From an uncultured Rhodospirillaceae bacterium (lineage in GTDB: Bacteria > Pseudomonadota > Alphaproteobacteria > CAAGCB01 > CAG-977), in contig URSF01000001.1 in assembly GCA_900550445.1 (NCBI GenBank), positions 65,720-129,719 on the forward strand: DNA of 64,000 nt. The letters are read 5' to 3'. Each line of letters opens with the position of its first letter. The stretch's first letter is position 1. This document shows positions 49,380-59,518 of this stretch, piece after piece. The notes beneath the pieces are model-generated. The model searched no databases. It was not told the DNA's origin and saw only the letters and a program-made list of their open reading frames with translations. A program made the translations under genes and the position numbers.

Positions 49380-50504
49380 TTATTTTTTCGTTTCTTTTTT
49401 CTTTTTGGCCGCCGATGCTTTTTTCGGCGGCGCTTTTTTAACCGCGGTTTTTTTGGGCTTGGCCGGTTCGGCCGCTTTTTCTTCGGGAAGCGACAGGAAC
49501 GGCAGCAAAGCGGAAACGGTTTCTTCCGGCATTTGATAAAGCCATTTTGAATGGCGTTTTTCCAATTCGGCAGCTTCTGCTTTTACTTTTGCGTCCGCGT
49601 TGGCCGCGGGCGCGAACGAAACGGCGGCAAACGGTTTTGAGTCCACCAGATAGAAAAAGAGATAAATATTTAACCCGTCGAAGGTTTCGATAAAAGCTGA
49701 TGAAAACGGCGTTTCTTCAGCCAGATCTCCGGGGCGAACTGCGACGTCTTCAAAATCGAAAGCTGTCAGAGCGTTTTCCATTTTTTCAATAAAATCCGCG
49801 GAAATGATAAAATGGCCGTCAGATAAGAACGAAGGCTGCATCGCCATCGCCGGCGCCGTGCGTTTGTAAACGGCTTCGCGCGTTTTTGTGCCGTCCACGA
49901 TCGTTATGGACGACGTTCTGCCTTTGACCAGCGGCAGCAGCCGCACGGCCAGCCATGAACGCATATCCCCCGTAACGTCTACATTGCCCCGGACCAGCCA
50001 GGATTGTGCGTCATCGGGAAAACGGACAAAGTATCCCTGTCCGTTCCAGGAAATACCGTTCGTCTGTTTGCCGACCAGCAGACGGGTCAGCGGATTACCT
50101 TCGTTTGTCAGCAAAGTAACCAGATAAGATCCGGATTTTTCATTCATGTTGTCTTCGACCCGCAGATCGGAATAAAACTCGGGCAGAGCCGTTTTCGGTT
50201 CTATTTTTTCCAAACCGGCCAGACCGATCAGGACATTTCTGATTCTTTCCTTGTCGGCAGGATAGCCGTCGGCTTCAACCAAAGTCCAACTGCCGGCGCC
50301 ATCGCGCAGAAATGTCATTGTTTTACCGCCGTGTTCAATGGAAACGGCTTCGATGTCGTTGATTTTTTCCATTAATCCGGGAATCAGAGGTTGGCCGAAA
50401 AAAGTGCCGGCGGAATATTCCGGCGTTAAAATCCAGACACTTAATGCTGCTGCAAAAGCAATGACCGCAGCCGTCAGGAGTTTATAAAAAGAACGCGGGT
50501 GCAT
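49380..50504 (-). CDS. DUF4340-like accessory protein of GldG-type ABC system, with Lys/Ala-rich C-terminal tail
   Basis: N-terminal TM. Position downstream of the GldG-like gene. Tail AKPKKTAVKKAPPKKASAAKKKKETKK. Confidence 0.55.
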   Translation of the reverse strand: MHPRSFYKLLTAAVIAFAAALSVWILTPEYSAGTFFGQPLIPGLMEKINDIEAVSIEHGGKTMTFLRDGAGSWTLVEADGYPADKERIRNVLIGLAGLEKIEPKTALPEFYSDLRVEDNMNEKSGSYLVTLLTNEGNPLTRLLVGKQTNGISWNGQGYFVRFPDDAQSWLVRGNVDVTGDMRSWLAVRLLPLVKGRTSSITIVDGTKTREAVYKRTAPAMAMQPSFLSDGHFIISADFIEKMENALTAFDFEDVAVRPGDLAEETPFSSAFIETFDGLNIYLFFYLVDSKPFAAVSFAPAANADAKVKAEAAELEKRHSKWLYQMPEETVSALLPFLSLPEEKAAEPAKPKKTAVKKAPPKKASAAKKKKETKK

Positions 50505-50515
50505 GGCTTTTCTCC

Positions 50516-52408
50516 TTACCTTGACTGCGATCGTCTGGCCCGTCTGCGCCAGGCGACGAATAAAGCTGTCATAACCAGCAACGCCGGAACAAAGACGACA
50601 TTTAATAAAATCACCGTTGACTGCAAAGCGAGAATGTCCCGGGTAAGGACATTTTGAACAGACCGCAGCGCCGCGCGCAGCATAATGATGCGTTCCTGCA
50701 GAGCTTGAATTTCGGTTTTGTCTTCGCGTGATAAAATGTCGCTGTTTTCACCGGAAGATTGCCGTGTCAGTTCTTTTAACCGCAGCTGCGCCGTCTGCAG
50801 TTCGCCGAACAGCAGAGCTTCCTGTTCGCGGTATTGTCTGCCCGCGTTCAGGGCAAGAGTTTCAATAACCGTAAAGGGGCGGCGCCATTCGGCCTTTGAA
50901 CGCAGATCTATCAAAGAGGCTGCGCCGCTGAGGTTGTCCAGCGCGTTGACGATTAAATCGGCGTTGCCCGCAAACGGATACAGCTGTTCAACGCCCAGCG
51001 CGTTTGATTTCGTCGTCCAAAATTTGTCGGCCAGAAAATCGCTGTCGGCAATTAAAATAATGTTGACGGGGGCGGCGGCTTTTTCAATATGCGCTTCGGG
51101 TCTTTGTTTTAAAAAGTTGCGCGTCGGCGCTTTATCGAAAGCGCTGTTCGGCGTTCCTTTGATCCGCAGTCCCAAAATCATGTTTTTTCCGCCGGGAGTG
51201 AAATTGCGCAGCATGGCGGCCGGATCCGGTGTTAATCCCTGAATGGTTTGCAGCAGTTCCGATTCCTTTGAGGAAAAAATCAGCGGCGTTATCGTCAGAT
51301 TTTCATTTTTTTTGATCACGTTAAACGTGCCCGCGTACGCCAGATTAACTGTACTGATCGCACTGGTGACCGGATCTTCGGGGCTGAGGTAATTTTCGTT
51401 GACTGCCAGCCAGGGCGGAAATTTTGTCTGCATTGACTTGCCGTCTTCGTTATGGGTTACGGTGCGCGCCAGTGTTGTGTCGGCGACAAAATGCGACGTA
51501 TCAAAGGAAATTCCCCAGTTTGTCAACAGCTTGTCTATATCCGGCCGGATTGAATAGGGAACTTCGCCCAAAGCGACTTCCGTTTCCGAAAACGGATCAA
51601 TCAGCACCAGCATATTGCCGCCGCGCATAATATATTGGTCAATCGCATACAGTGTTTCTTCATTGAATTTTTTGGGATTGACCAGCATTAAAACGTCAAT
51701 GTCCGGCGGAATATCCAGCGTCTGGCGGGAAATGAAACGAACGTTAAAAATATCGCGCACGACATTCATTACTGCCCAGCGCGGGTGGTATTTCGGATAC
51801 ATCAGCTGCGGTTCGCCGCGTCCGTCGATCGGCAGCGTGCTGATAATGCCGATCGTCGGCCGTTTCGCGCGCGTTAAATCGGTTAAATACTTTGTAATGT
51901 CGTATTCCAAAAAACGTTCGCGCGACGGATCCAGCAGCGCGATCGTCCGTCTGCGGTCGGACGAATTGGAAATCGTCAGGCCGAAATAAACATATTCGGA
52001 CGAATTACCGACGGGAATACCCTTCAGCCCGTAAGTCAGAGCTTCGTCTTCTTTTCCGGAAAACGGTTCGGGATCAATAACTTCCAGCTTTATTTTGCCA
52101 TCGGACGCCGAAGCGTACTGTTCCAGAAGTTCAATGACGCGGACGGAATAAGTCGCGTGTATCTGCGATACTTTTGCCAGTTTATTTGACAGATAAAAGC
52201 GGATTGTGATCGGTTCCCTGATCTGATCAATGGCGCGCAGAGATCCTTCCGACAGCGAATACAGTTTCGCCTGTGTCAAATCCAGACGATAGTTTTTTAA
52301 CGTAAATGCGGCGATGATGTTGATGCTGAAAAACAAAATAACGGCCAGGATCAATCCCAAAACGCCTAACGTGCTTCTATCCAGATCGGCTATTTTTTTC
52401 ATTATCAA
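50516..52408 (-). CDS. GldG-like ABC transporter auxiliary component (ABC_transp_aux)
   Basis: 630 aa with N- and C-terminal TM helices and a large periplasmic domain. Operon with ABC-2 permease and ATPase. Confidence 0.6.
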   Translation of the reverse strand: MIMKKIADLDRSTLGVLGLILAVILFFSINIIAAFTLKNYRLDLTQAKLYSLSEGSLRAIDQIREPITIRFYLSNKLAKVSQIHATYSVRVIELLEQYASASDGKIKLEVIDPEPFSGKEDEALTYGLKGIPVGNSSEYVYFGLTISNSSDRRRTIALLDPSRERFLEYDITKYLTDLTRAKRPTIGIISTLPIDGRGEPQLMYPKYHPRWAVMNVVRDIFNVRFISRQTLDIPPDIDVLMLVNPKKFNEETLYAIDQYIMRGGNMLVLIDPFSETEVALGEVPYSIRPDIDKLLTNWGISFDTSHFVADTTLARTVTHNEDGKSMQTKFPPWLAVNENYLSPEDPVTSAISTVNLAYAGTFNVIKKNENLTITPLIFSSKESELLQTIQGLTPDPAAMLRNFTPGGKNMILGLRIKGTPNSAFDKAPTRNFLKQRPEAHIEKAAAPVNIILIADSDFLADKFWTTKSNALGVEQLYPFAGNADLIVNALDNLSGAASLIDLRSKAEWRRPFTVIETLALNAGRQYREQEALLFGELQTAQLRLKELTRQSSGENSDILSREDKTEIQALQERIIMLRAALRSVQNVLTRDILALQSTVILLNVVFVPALLVMTALFVAWRRRARRSQSR

Positions 52409-53139
52409 ACCGCCTTTTTATGATCAAGCACAATCACTGTTGCAAACAGGAATACGCCTGAAAAAGAAATAAAGAACAGCAAGTCGCGCACGTCCAGCAC
52501 GCCGCGGGTCAGTGAAAGAAAGTGGATCAGGAAACCGAACGATTGAAACAGTTTCATGACCTTTTCGGTGGCGACGCCGGAAAACAGGTTGATCAAAGCG
52601 TCGGATCCCAGAAAAGTCAGCATCAGACAGGCCATCATGGCCGAAACAAAAGCGATAATCTGGCTTTTGGTACAAGCGGAAACGCATGAACCGACGGATA
52701 AAAACGTACCCGCGATTAAAAAACTGGCCAGATAGCTCATCAAAATAACGCCGTTATCCGGAGTGCCCAGATAATTGACGGTCAGCCACATCGGCAGCGT
52801 TAAAAGCAATGCGATGCCGACAAAGGCCCACGCCGCGAAAAATTTTCCCAAGACAAGCTCGCCGGTGGAAACAGGCAGAGTCATCAGCATTTCGATTGTT
52901 CCGCTGCGCCGTTCTTCGGCCCACATGCGCATGGAAACGGCGGGAATCAGAAAAACGTACAGCCAAGGGTGAAACAGGAAAAAAGACTGCAAATCAGCCT
53001 GTCCGCGTCCGAAAAAGTCGCCGGCGTAAAAGGTCAGAAGACCGGACAAAGAAACAAAAATCATCAGGAAAATCCATGCTACCGGCGTCGTAAAGTAGCT
53101 GGCAAATTCGCGTTTCGTCAAAACAAATAAAGCTTTCAT
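52405..53139 (-). CDS. ABC-2 type permease (GldF-like)
   Basis: 244 aa, ~6 TM helices. Overlaps flanking genes by 4 nt (operon). Confidence 0.65.
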   Translation of the reverse strand: MKALFVLTKREFASYFTTPVAWIFLMIFVSLSGLLTFYAGDFFGRGQADLQSFFLFHPWLYVFLIPAVSMRMWAEERRSGTIEMLMTLPVSTGELVLGKFFAAWAFVGIALLLTLPMWLTVNYLGTPDNGVILMSYLASFLIAGTFLSVGSCVSACTKSQIIAFVSAMMACLMLTFLGSDALINLFSGVATEKVMKLFQSFGFLIHFLSLTRGVLDVRDLLFFISFSGVFLFATVIVLDHKKAV

Positions 53140-54095
53140 GCGTTCGGATCCTTCAGTTCCCGGTCCGGGGAGGTAAAGGCGTAAAAGACTTCTTCCAGCC
53201 GTCCTTTTTCAATAAACATATCCAAAATTTTAATATCCTGCCGGCGCAAAGCTTCAACCACATCGGCCGTAACGGATTCCCGTTCTTTGGGGATCAGGGT
53301 AAACAGGAACGCTTCGCCGGATTCCTGTTTGACGTCCGTTACCGTAATTTGCGGCATTTCGTTAAAAACGGTCTGCGCCCGTTCGCGCTGGTAAGAAGCA
53401 ATCAAAACAAATAAAGTCTGATGCGTTTCTGATAAACTGATCAGTGCGCGCGGCGTATCGTCCAGAACGATTTTTCCTTTATCAATAATAACGGCGCGCG
53501 AACACATCGCTTCGACTTCTTCCAGCACATGCGTGGAAATGATAATGGATTTGTCCTTTTGCAGATCGCGGATCAACATTCTGATTTCGCGTTTCTGATT
53601 TGGATCCAGTCCTTCGGTCGGTTCGTCCAAAATTAAAACGGCCGGATCGTGAACCAGCGCCTGCGCCAGTCCGACGCGGCGCTTGTATCCTTTGGACAGC
53701 GTATCGATCGGCTGGTATAAAACGTTGGACAGCGATATGTCGGCAACGACTTTTTCAACGGCTTTTTCTTTCGCCGAACCGGATAATCCCCGCGCTTCGG
53801 CGATAAAGTTTAAAAATGACAGAACCGTCATGTCGTTATAAGAGGACGCAACCTCCGGCATATAGCCGATATGGCGTTTGACTTCAACCGGGTTTTCGGC
53901 GACGTCGTAACCGCAGACCGTGATTTTGCCTGCGCTGGGCGTTAAAAAACCGGAAATCATACGCATGGTCGTTGTCTTCCCCGCGCCGTTCGGTCCCAAA
54001 AATCCCAAAACCTGTCCTTTGGGAACCGTCATTGACAGATTGTCGACGGCGACGAAGGAACCGAATTTCCGCGTGACGTTTTCCAGTGTAATCAT
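53136..54095 (-). CDS. ABC transporter ATP-binding protein (GldA-like)
   Basis: Walker A GPNGAGKTT, signature LSKGYKRRV, Walker B LILDEPT, H-loop STHVL. Confidence 0.85.
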   Translation of the reverse strand: MITLENVTRKFGSFVAVDNLSMTVPKGQVLGFLGPNGAGKTTTMRMISGFLTPSAGKITVCGYDVAENPVEVKRHIGYMPEVASSYNDMTVLSFLNFIAEARGLSGSAKEKAVEKVVADISLSNVLYQPIDTLSKGYKRRVGLAQALVHDPAVLILDEPTEGLDPNQKREIRMLIRDLQKDKSIIISTHVLEEVEAMCSRAVIIDKGKIVLDDTPRALISLSETHQTLFVLIASYQRERAQTVFNEMPQITVTDVKQESGEAFLFTLIPKERESVTADVVEALRRQDIKILDMFIEKGRLEEVFYAFTSPDRELKDPNA

Positions 54096-54334
54096 TGACG
54101 ATCCTGAAAAAATAAAAAAACCTTTTTACAGAGTATAACTGCTTTTTTAAAAACTCAAGCCTTTCTGCCGGGAAAGGCAAATAAAAACGTTTGACTCGGT
54201 TTAAATACATTGATTAGTATAACCGCGGATACCGTGTTTTTTTAAGATTGAACGGTATTCTGTCGGGTCCGTTGCCGCCTGCGAAATGGGTTCGCAGGGT
54301 TGATGCCGCCATAACCGAACAAATAGGATAGAAA

Positions 54335-56596
54335 ATGAAAAAAGTACTTCTTTTTTCTGCTTCAATCTTAGCTTTGGGCGTCAGTCCGTCTTTTGCGCAG
54401 ACCGCAGGGTCTGTTTCAAAGGCTGCCGCGCCGCAGGCTGTTGATCAGGCAGAAATTAATCAAAATTCAAATAACAATATTTTCAGACTGGGCGAAATTG
54501 CCGTTTCCGTTGTCGACGATACGACGCAGGTCGGGTCGCGCACAACCGTAACGGCTGAAGAAATTTCCGCCTATACGGATTCCAATACGCTGGAAAAGGC
54601 GTTGAATCTGCTGCCGTCGGTGACGGAAACGCAGGTCGGGCGCAGAAATGAAAAATCCGTTTCAATCCGCGGGTTTGAAATGCGGCAGATTGCCGTCATG
54701 GTTGACGGCGTGCAATCCGCCATGCCGTATGATTATTATCCTGATTTGCAGACTTATACGACGGGGTCTTTGTCGGAAATTCAGGTTTCCAAAGGCTTGA
54801 GCTCCGTTCTGGCCGGGCCGAACACGATGGGCGGGATCATCAATATGGTCACGAAACGCCCCGAAAAGAAAATCGAAGGCAACTTAAGCGTGACTGCCAA
54901 GTTCGGCAACTCCGGAGCTTATAACGGCATTCTGACGTCAGGTAATGTCGGTACCAATCAGGGCAACTGGTATTTGCAGGCCGGCGCGACATACAACGAT
55001 ATCAACCGTTGGTCGGTTTCCGATAACTATTCGCCGGTGCAAAATACGGGAAATCATTTTTTTCAGGCGGGAAAAGATTATTATTTCCCCTTGGTAAATG
55101 AAAACGGCGGATTCCGTGACGGTTCTTCTTCTCAGGCCGAAGCCGCCAATATCAAACTGGGCTTTACGCCGAACGAAACGGACGAATATGTGATCGCCTA
55201 CAATTATTCCAATATGGAATACGATATACCGGTCTATGCAGGTCAATCTTATACATCTATGGCGGGATCTAGACCGACTGATGACGAAAAATTAGCTTAT
55301 CAGTTGACGAAACCGTTTTACAGATCTTATCCGTATTATAAAAAGCAAACGATCTATTCTTTGACGAATACGGCTTTGGGCGATACGGGATACGTTAAAA
55401 CGCGTTTGTTCTACGATACGTTCAAAAACCGCATGGACAGTCTTGAGTTTGCCGATGCGACATTGACGACAATGCGCAATGAAAGCGGTTTCCCGTCGCT
55501 GTTTAATGATTATGATTTCGGCGGCAGTGTGGAAACGGGCGCGGATCTGTTTAAAGACAACACGACCAAGATCGCGTTCCATTACCGCAAAGACGTTCAC
55601 CGTTCCAAAGAATTGGGTGATGACGACTGGTCTCGGGTTGCGGACGACACCTATTCGGTGGCTTTGGAAAATACGTGGCACGCCAATGAAAAAACGGACG
55701 TGATTGTCGGCGCTTCTTACGATTGGTTGCGTGTTTCAACGGTAAAAAATGTTGAAGATCATAATGATGATCTGATAACGGATTATCGTGTCAACGATAA
55801 TGTGCTTAATCCGATGGCAGCCGTGCGGTATCATTACAGTGACGAAGGAACCGTTTATGCGGGTGTGGCGCAAAAGTCCCGTTTTGCAACGCAGAAATCG
55901 CGTTTCGGCACCAGAACGGGGAACGGAACAGGGATCCCCAATCCGGATTTAAAAGCCGAAAAGGCCGTTAATTATGAAATCGGCGTGTCCGATACCGTCG
56001 GCAATGTGACTTTTGATGCGGCCGCGTTTTATACGGACGTGCGCGACACAAATCTGGAAGTCGTTGTCGAACAGGGCGGAAATTCCTATTATCAGACGCA
56101 AAACTTCGGCAAATCGCGCGTTTACGGTCTGGAACTGGCTTCTGTCATTAATATGGCGGATTCTTTCGATCTGGGACTGGCTTACACCTACATGGAAAAA
56201 GAACTGCGCAGTTCGATTGCCAAAGCCGAAGATTTAAAGCCGACAAACGTACCCAGGCACAAACTGACGGTTTACGGCGATTGGCGTGTTGCGGAAGGAT
56301 TAAACATTATTCCGAAAGTGGAAGCTTATTCGTCGCGTTATTCGACGCTGGGCGGAAACAATATGGTCAACGGCGCGGTCAGAACATCGGGCAAACCCGG
56401 AACGGGCATCGACATGCGGGACGGCACGAAGATCGGCGGTTTCGCAACGGCGGGGCTGAAAGTGAAATACCAGCCGTTTGACGCTCTTGAAATTTCCGCC
56501 GGCGTTGACAATATCTTTGACAAAAACTACCAGTTGGCGGAAGGATATCCGGAAGAAGGACGCAACTATTTCCTGACGCTGACGACCAAGTTTTAA
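54335..56596 (+). CDS. TonB-dependent outer-membrane receptor
   Basis: Signal peptide, plug domain, C-terminal barrel ending in aromatic F (…YFLTLTTKF). 753 aa. Internal 7-aa duplication QKSRFATQKSRFGT. Confidence 0.85.
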   Translation: MKKVLLFSASILALGVSPSFAQTAGSVSKAAAPQAVDQAEINQNSNNNIFRLGEIAVSVVDDTTQVGSRTTVTAEEISAYTDSNTLEKALNLLPSVTETQVGRRNEKSVSIRGFEMRQIAVMVDGVQSAMPYDYYPDLQTYTTGSLSEIQVSKGLSSVLAGPNTMGGIINMVTKRPEKKIEGNLSVTAKFGNSGAYNGILTSGNVGTNQGNWYLQAGATYNDINRWSVSDNYSPVQNTGNHFFQAGKDYYFPLVNENGGFRDGSSSQAEAANIKLGFTPNETDEYVIAYNYSNMEYDIPVYAGQSYTSMAGSRPTDDEKLAYQLTKPFYRSYPYYKKQTIYSLTNTALGDTGYVKTRLFYDTFKNRMDSLEFADATLTTMRNESGFPSLFNDYDFGGSVETGADLFKDNTTKIAFHYRKDVHRSKELGDDDWSRVADDTYSVALENTWHANEKTDVIVGASYDWLRVSTVKNVEDHNDDLITDYRVNDNVLNPMAAVRYHYSDEGTVYAGVAQKSRFATQKSRFGTRTGNGTGIPNPDLKAEKAVNYEIGVSDTVGNVTFDAAAFYTDVRDTNLEVVVEQGGNSYYQTQNFGKSRVYGLELASVINMADSFDLGLAYTYMEKELRSSIAKAEDLKPTNVPRHKLTVYGDWRVAEGLNIIPKVEAYSSRYSTLGGNNMVNGAVRTSGKPGTGIDMRDGTKIGGFATAGLKVKYQPFDALEISAGVDNIFDKNYQLAEGYPEEGRNYFLTLTTKF

Positions 56597-56610
56597 AAAA
56601 GGAATAATAC

Positions 56611-57459
56611 TTGAAACAAAAAAGGGAAAATCTTTGTCTGTTTTTAGGGGCGGGATTTTCCCTTTTTCTACACGCCGGTCTGTTTTTTTTATTGTTTCTG
56701 CGAATGCAAAACGCGCCCGAACCGGGGGGAAGCGGGCTGTTAATGGACGCTTTTCTGGTTTCCGGCGGAGACGGTTTTTATCAAACGGGCGTTCCGTGGG
56801 GGGATTTTGATTTTAAACCGGGCAGAAAAGGGACGCCACCCGCGGTTGAAGAAAAAACGGCGGAACCGGAAAAAAGCGTTTCGGGAAAACCGACGCCGGA
56901 AATAAACAAAAAAACGGAAAAAAAATCAGAAGCCGTTTTAGCGGTGTCTGTCAGAAAAAAAACGTCGTTGCCGGTCAAAAAACAAAAAAAAGTCGCCGCT
57001 TTGAAAAAAAAGGCCGCTAAGGCTGCGGCTGTGCCTGCGAAAGATTCGACGCCGGCCGGACAGAACGGATCGGGGACGCAGCCTTATGGCGGCGTTATCG
57101 GCGACGCGCCGGGGTTCGGCGCCGGCCGGGGAAGCGGCATCGGCATCGGGTCGGGCAGGGGGATCGGCGATATCAAAGCGGCGCGGTACTTTGTTCGTCT
57201 GCGGCGTTTGTTTCAGCGGCGGCTGAAATATCCCGAAGAGCTGGAAAACCAAAAAATTTCCGGACGGGCCGTCGTGCGGTTTCATGTTCAAAAAGACGGA
57301 AAACTCGACGTAAATTCGGTTGTTCTGGCGCAGACTTCGGGGCACGAAATTCTGGACAGACAGGCGCTGAAAACGATTTTGGAAGCCGTACGGCTGCCCG
57401 CGCCGCCGTACGGAGAAATGACGATCGAAATCCCGATTATGTTTCGGGTCTATCATTAA
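56611..57459 (+). CDS. tonB: Energy transducer TonB
   Basis: N-terminal TM, Pro/Lys-rich spacer, C-terminal TonB_C (YPEELENQKISGRAVVRFHVQKDGKL...ILDRQALKTI). Confidence 0.75.
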   Translation: MKQKRENLCLFLGAGFSLFLHAGLFFLLFLRMQNAPEPGGSGLLMDAFLVSGGDGFYQTGVPWGDFDFKPGRKGTPPAVEEKTAEPEKSVSGKPTPEINKKTEKKSEAVLAVSVRKKTSLPVKKQKKVAALKKKAAKAAAVPAKDSTPAGQNGSGTQPYGGVIGDAPGFGAGRGSGIGIGSGRGIGDIKAARYFVRLRRLFQRRLKYPEELENQKISGRAVVRFHVQKDGKLDVNSVVLAQTSGHEILDRQALKTILEAVRLPAPPYGEMTIEIPIMFRVYH

Positions 57460-57481
57460 AAAGTTTTTTCGGTTATCATGC

Positions 57482-58318
57482 TTGAAACAACAGGGGATTT
57501 TTAACCTGATGAAACGGATTTTTTTCATTTTCTGCGCGTTTTGTTTTTCTTTTCCTCTCAAAGCGGAAGACGAGCTGGCGTCGCATCAGGCGGTATACGA
57601 CATCGCTCTGGTTTCCACCGCGGGCGGGGCGGCCAGCGTCGTTAACGCCAAAGGAAAAATGTTTTATAAAATTCAAAAAGTATGCGGCCGCTGGCAGACG
57701 GAATCCGTTTTTTCGCTGGATATCGGATATGAGTTATCCGGTTTGGATACGACGAACTGGAAACAGACGACGCGGGAAAGCGCCGACGGGTGTTTGTTTG
57801 ATTTTGAAGTTTTTGTGCGGGAAAAAGGCGAAGACCGCAAAGATTTGGCGGGAACGGCTGTCTGCAAAAACGGCAAAAAGGAATTAAGGCTGTCTTTTCC
57901 CGTCCGGTCCGAAGCGGTTTTTCCGAAAAATGTTGTTTTTCCCGTGCAGCAGACGATCCGCCTGCTGGAAGCCGCCCGACAAGGCAAAAAGAACGTTTCA
58001 ACATATGTTTACGACGGCACGCGGCCGGAAGCTCTGTATTCCGTGAACGCGGCGATTTCCGCGCCGGAAAACTTTTCTTCGCCGAAAGTACACGGCGATA
58101 CCGACTTGATCGCGGGAAAAAAAGCGTGGCGTTTCGATACGGCTTTTTTTGAAGAATTTGCGGCCGGAAATCTGCCGGACGGCACGCCGTCATACGAAGT
58201 TTCTCTGTACTATTATGAAAACGGTATCAGCGATAAAATCGTTCAGGATTTCGGCGATTACCGTTTGTTGTCAACTTTGACGGAACTGCGCCGCCTGCCG
58301 GATCGGGCGTGTCAATAA
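57482..58318 (+). CDS. Periplasmic DUF1849/EipB-like protein
   Basis: Signal peptide. HQAVYDIAL start of mature domain. Cys near residue 68 and penultimate Cys (…RACQ) mirror the EipB disulfide pair. Confidence 0.45.
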   Translation: MKQQGIFNLMKRIFFIFCAFCFSFPLKAEDELASHQAVYDIALVSTAGGAASVVNAKGKMFYKIQKVCGRWQTESVFSLDIGYELSGLDTTNWKQTTRESADGCLFDFEVFVREKGEDRKDLAGTAVCKNGKKELRLSFPVRSEAVFPKNVVFPVQQTIRLLEAARQGKKNVSTYVYDGTRPEALYSVNAAISAPENFSSPKVHGDTDLIAGKKAWRFDTAFFEEFAAGNLPDGTPSYEVSLYYYENGISDKIVQDFGDYRLLSTLTELRRLPDRACQ

Positions 58319-58383
58319 AAAACAAAAGGCAGTCTTTGACAACGGCGGCAGGCGTGGTATATCTTAATTACAAATAACCTGTT

Positions 58384-59274
58384 TTGCGGAGACGTTCTTT
58401 GAACAACGAAATTCCCTATATCGCCGGACTGCGCAGCATTGCTGCGTCTTATGACGCGTTTATCGTTGATTTGTGGGGCGTTGTTTATGAAGAACAAAGA
58501 CTCTGCTTCGGTGTGTTCAACGCGCTCAGCCAACTGAGTGACGAAGGCAAAAAAGTCATTTTTCTTTCCAATTCGCCGTACCGGTCCGCGGATATGATCA
58601 AAACGCTGGAACGCATGGGGGTGAAACGTTACCTGTATTACGGTGTTTTGACGGCGGGAGAAGTCATTTATCATGAACTGCGGCGGCGTGTCGATCCGTT
58701 TTTTGCCAATCTGGGACGCAAATGTTTCCATTTGGGGCCGGAACAGTTCTGGCAGCCGTATGCCGATCTGGGCTATGTTCCCGTTCCGAATATTGACGAA
58801 GCCGATTTTATTTTTGTGACCGGAACTTTCGGTACGCAGGATTCGCTGGAAAAATATGATCCTTTCTTCAAAGTCTGTTTGTCACGCCGTTTGCCGATGG
58901 TGTGCGCTTGCCCGGATTCCTTTATTTTAAAAGACGGCGTTCCTTATATGGCGGCCGGAGCGCTGGCGGCGCAATACCAGAAAATCGGCGGGTCGGTTTT
59001 TTGGCGCGGCAAGCCGGATCCGTCGGTGTTCGCTTATTGCGTCGAAGGGCTGGAAACGGAAAAATACCGTATTGCCGTGATCGGCGACGGGGTGCAGACG
59101 GATATCCGCGGGGCGAATTTGGCCGGGTTGGACGCCTTGTTCGTAGCCGGCGGTATTCATGCCAAAGAATTAGGGGTCAGCCGGGGGCAGCAGCCTGATC
59201 CTGAGCGTGTGCGTTCCCTCTTAATGCAGAATGAGTGTACGGCGAAGGCCGTTCTTCCCGCCTTTATTTGGTAA
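58384..59274 (+). CDS. HAD-superfamily class IIA hydrolase (TIGR01459-like)
   Basis: FIVDLWGVV motif I, FLSNSPYRS, C-terminal GDGVQTDIRGA. Confidence 0.7.
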   Translation: MRRRSLNNEIPYIAGLRSIAASYDAFIVDLWGVVYEEQRLCFGVFNALSQLSDEGKKVIFLSNSPYRSADMIKTLERMGVKRYLYYGVLTAGEVIYHELRRRVDPFFANLGRKCFHLGPEQFWQPYADLGYVPVPNIDEADFIFVTGTFGTQDSLEKYDPFFKVCLSRRLPMVCACPDSFILKDGVPYMAAGALAAQYQKIGGSVFWRGKPDPSVFAYCVEGLETEKYRIAVIGDGVQTDIRGANLAGLDALFVAGGIHAKELGVSRGQQPDPERVRSLLMQNECTAKAVLPAFIW

Positions 59275-59470
59275 AAACGCGATTTTATTGGAAAATCAGT
59301 TCGTCAGGGCTTACTGCAAAATGCTCACGTACCTTTTTACGCTGCGTTTTTCGTTCGCCCTTCCTGCTGCTTTTCTCACTAAAATCGGTTTTTCTACTAC
59401 CCGTAGGGGGGAAAACGCCCTCCCGGCGGGACACGACCCGTGCCGTCGGCAAGAAAGCAAAAACTGACGC

Positions 59471-59518
59471 CCGTACGGCCAGTACCCCGTACGGCCAGTA
59501 CCCCGTACGGCTAGTACC
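59471..59518. repeat. 3 x 16-nt perfect/near-perfect tandem repeat (CCGTACGGCCAGTACC)
   Basis: ccgtacggccagtacc x2 then ccgtacggctagtacc. Each unit contains the palindrome CCGTACGG. Overlaps the nadK stop codon in a convergent intergenic region. Confidence 0.85.

Noticed and set aside
59471-59518. CRISPR array
   Set aside because: Direct repeats are contiguous with no spacers, only three units of 16 nt. Not CRISPR.
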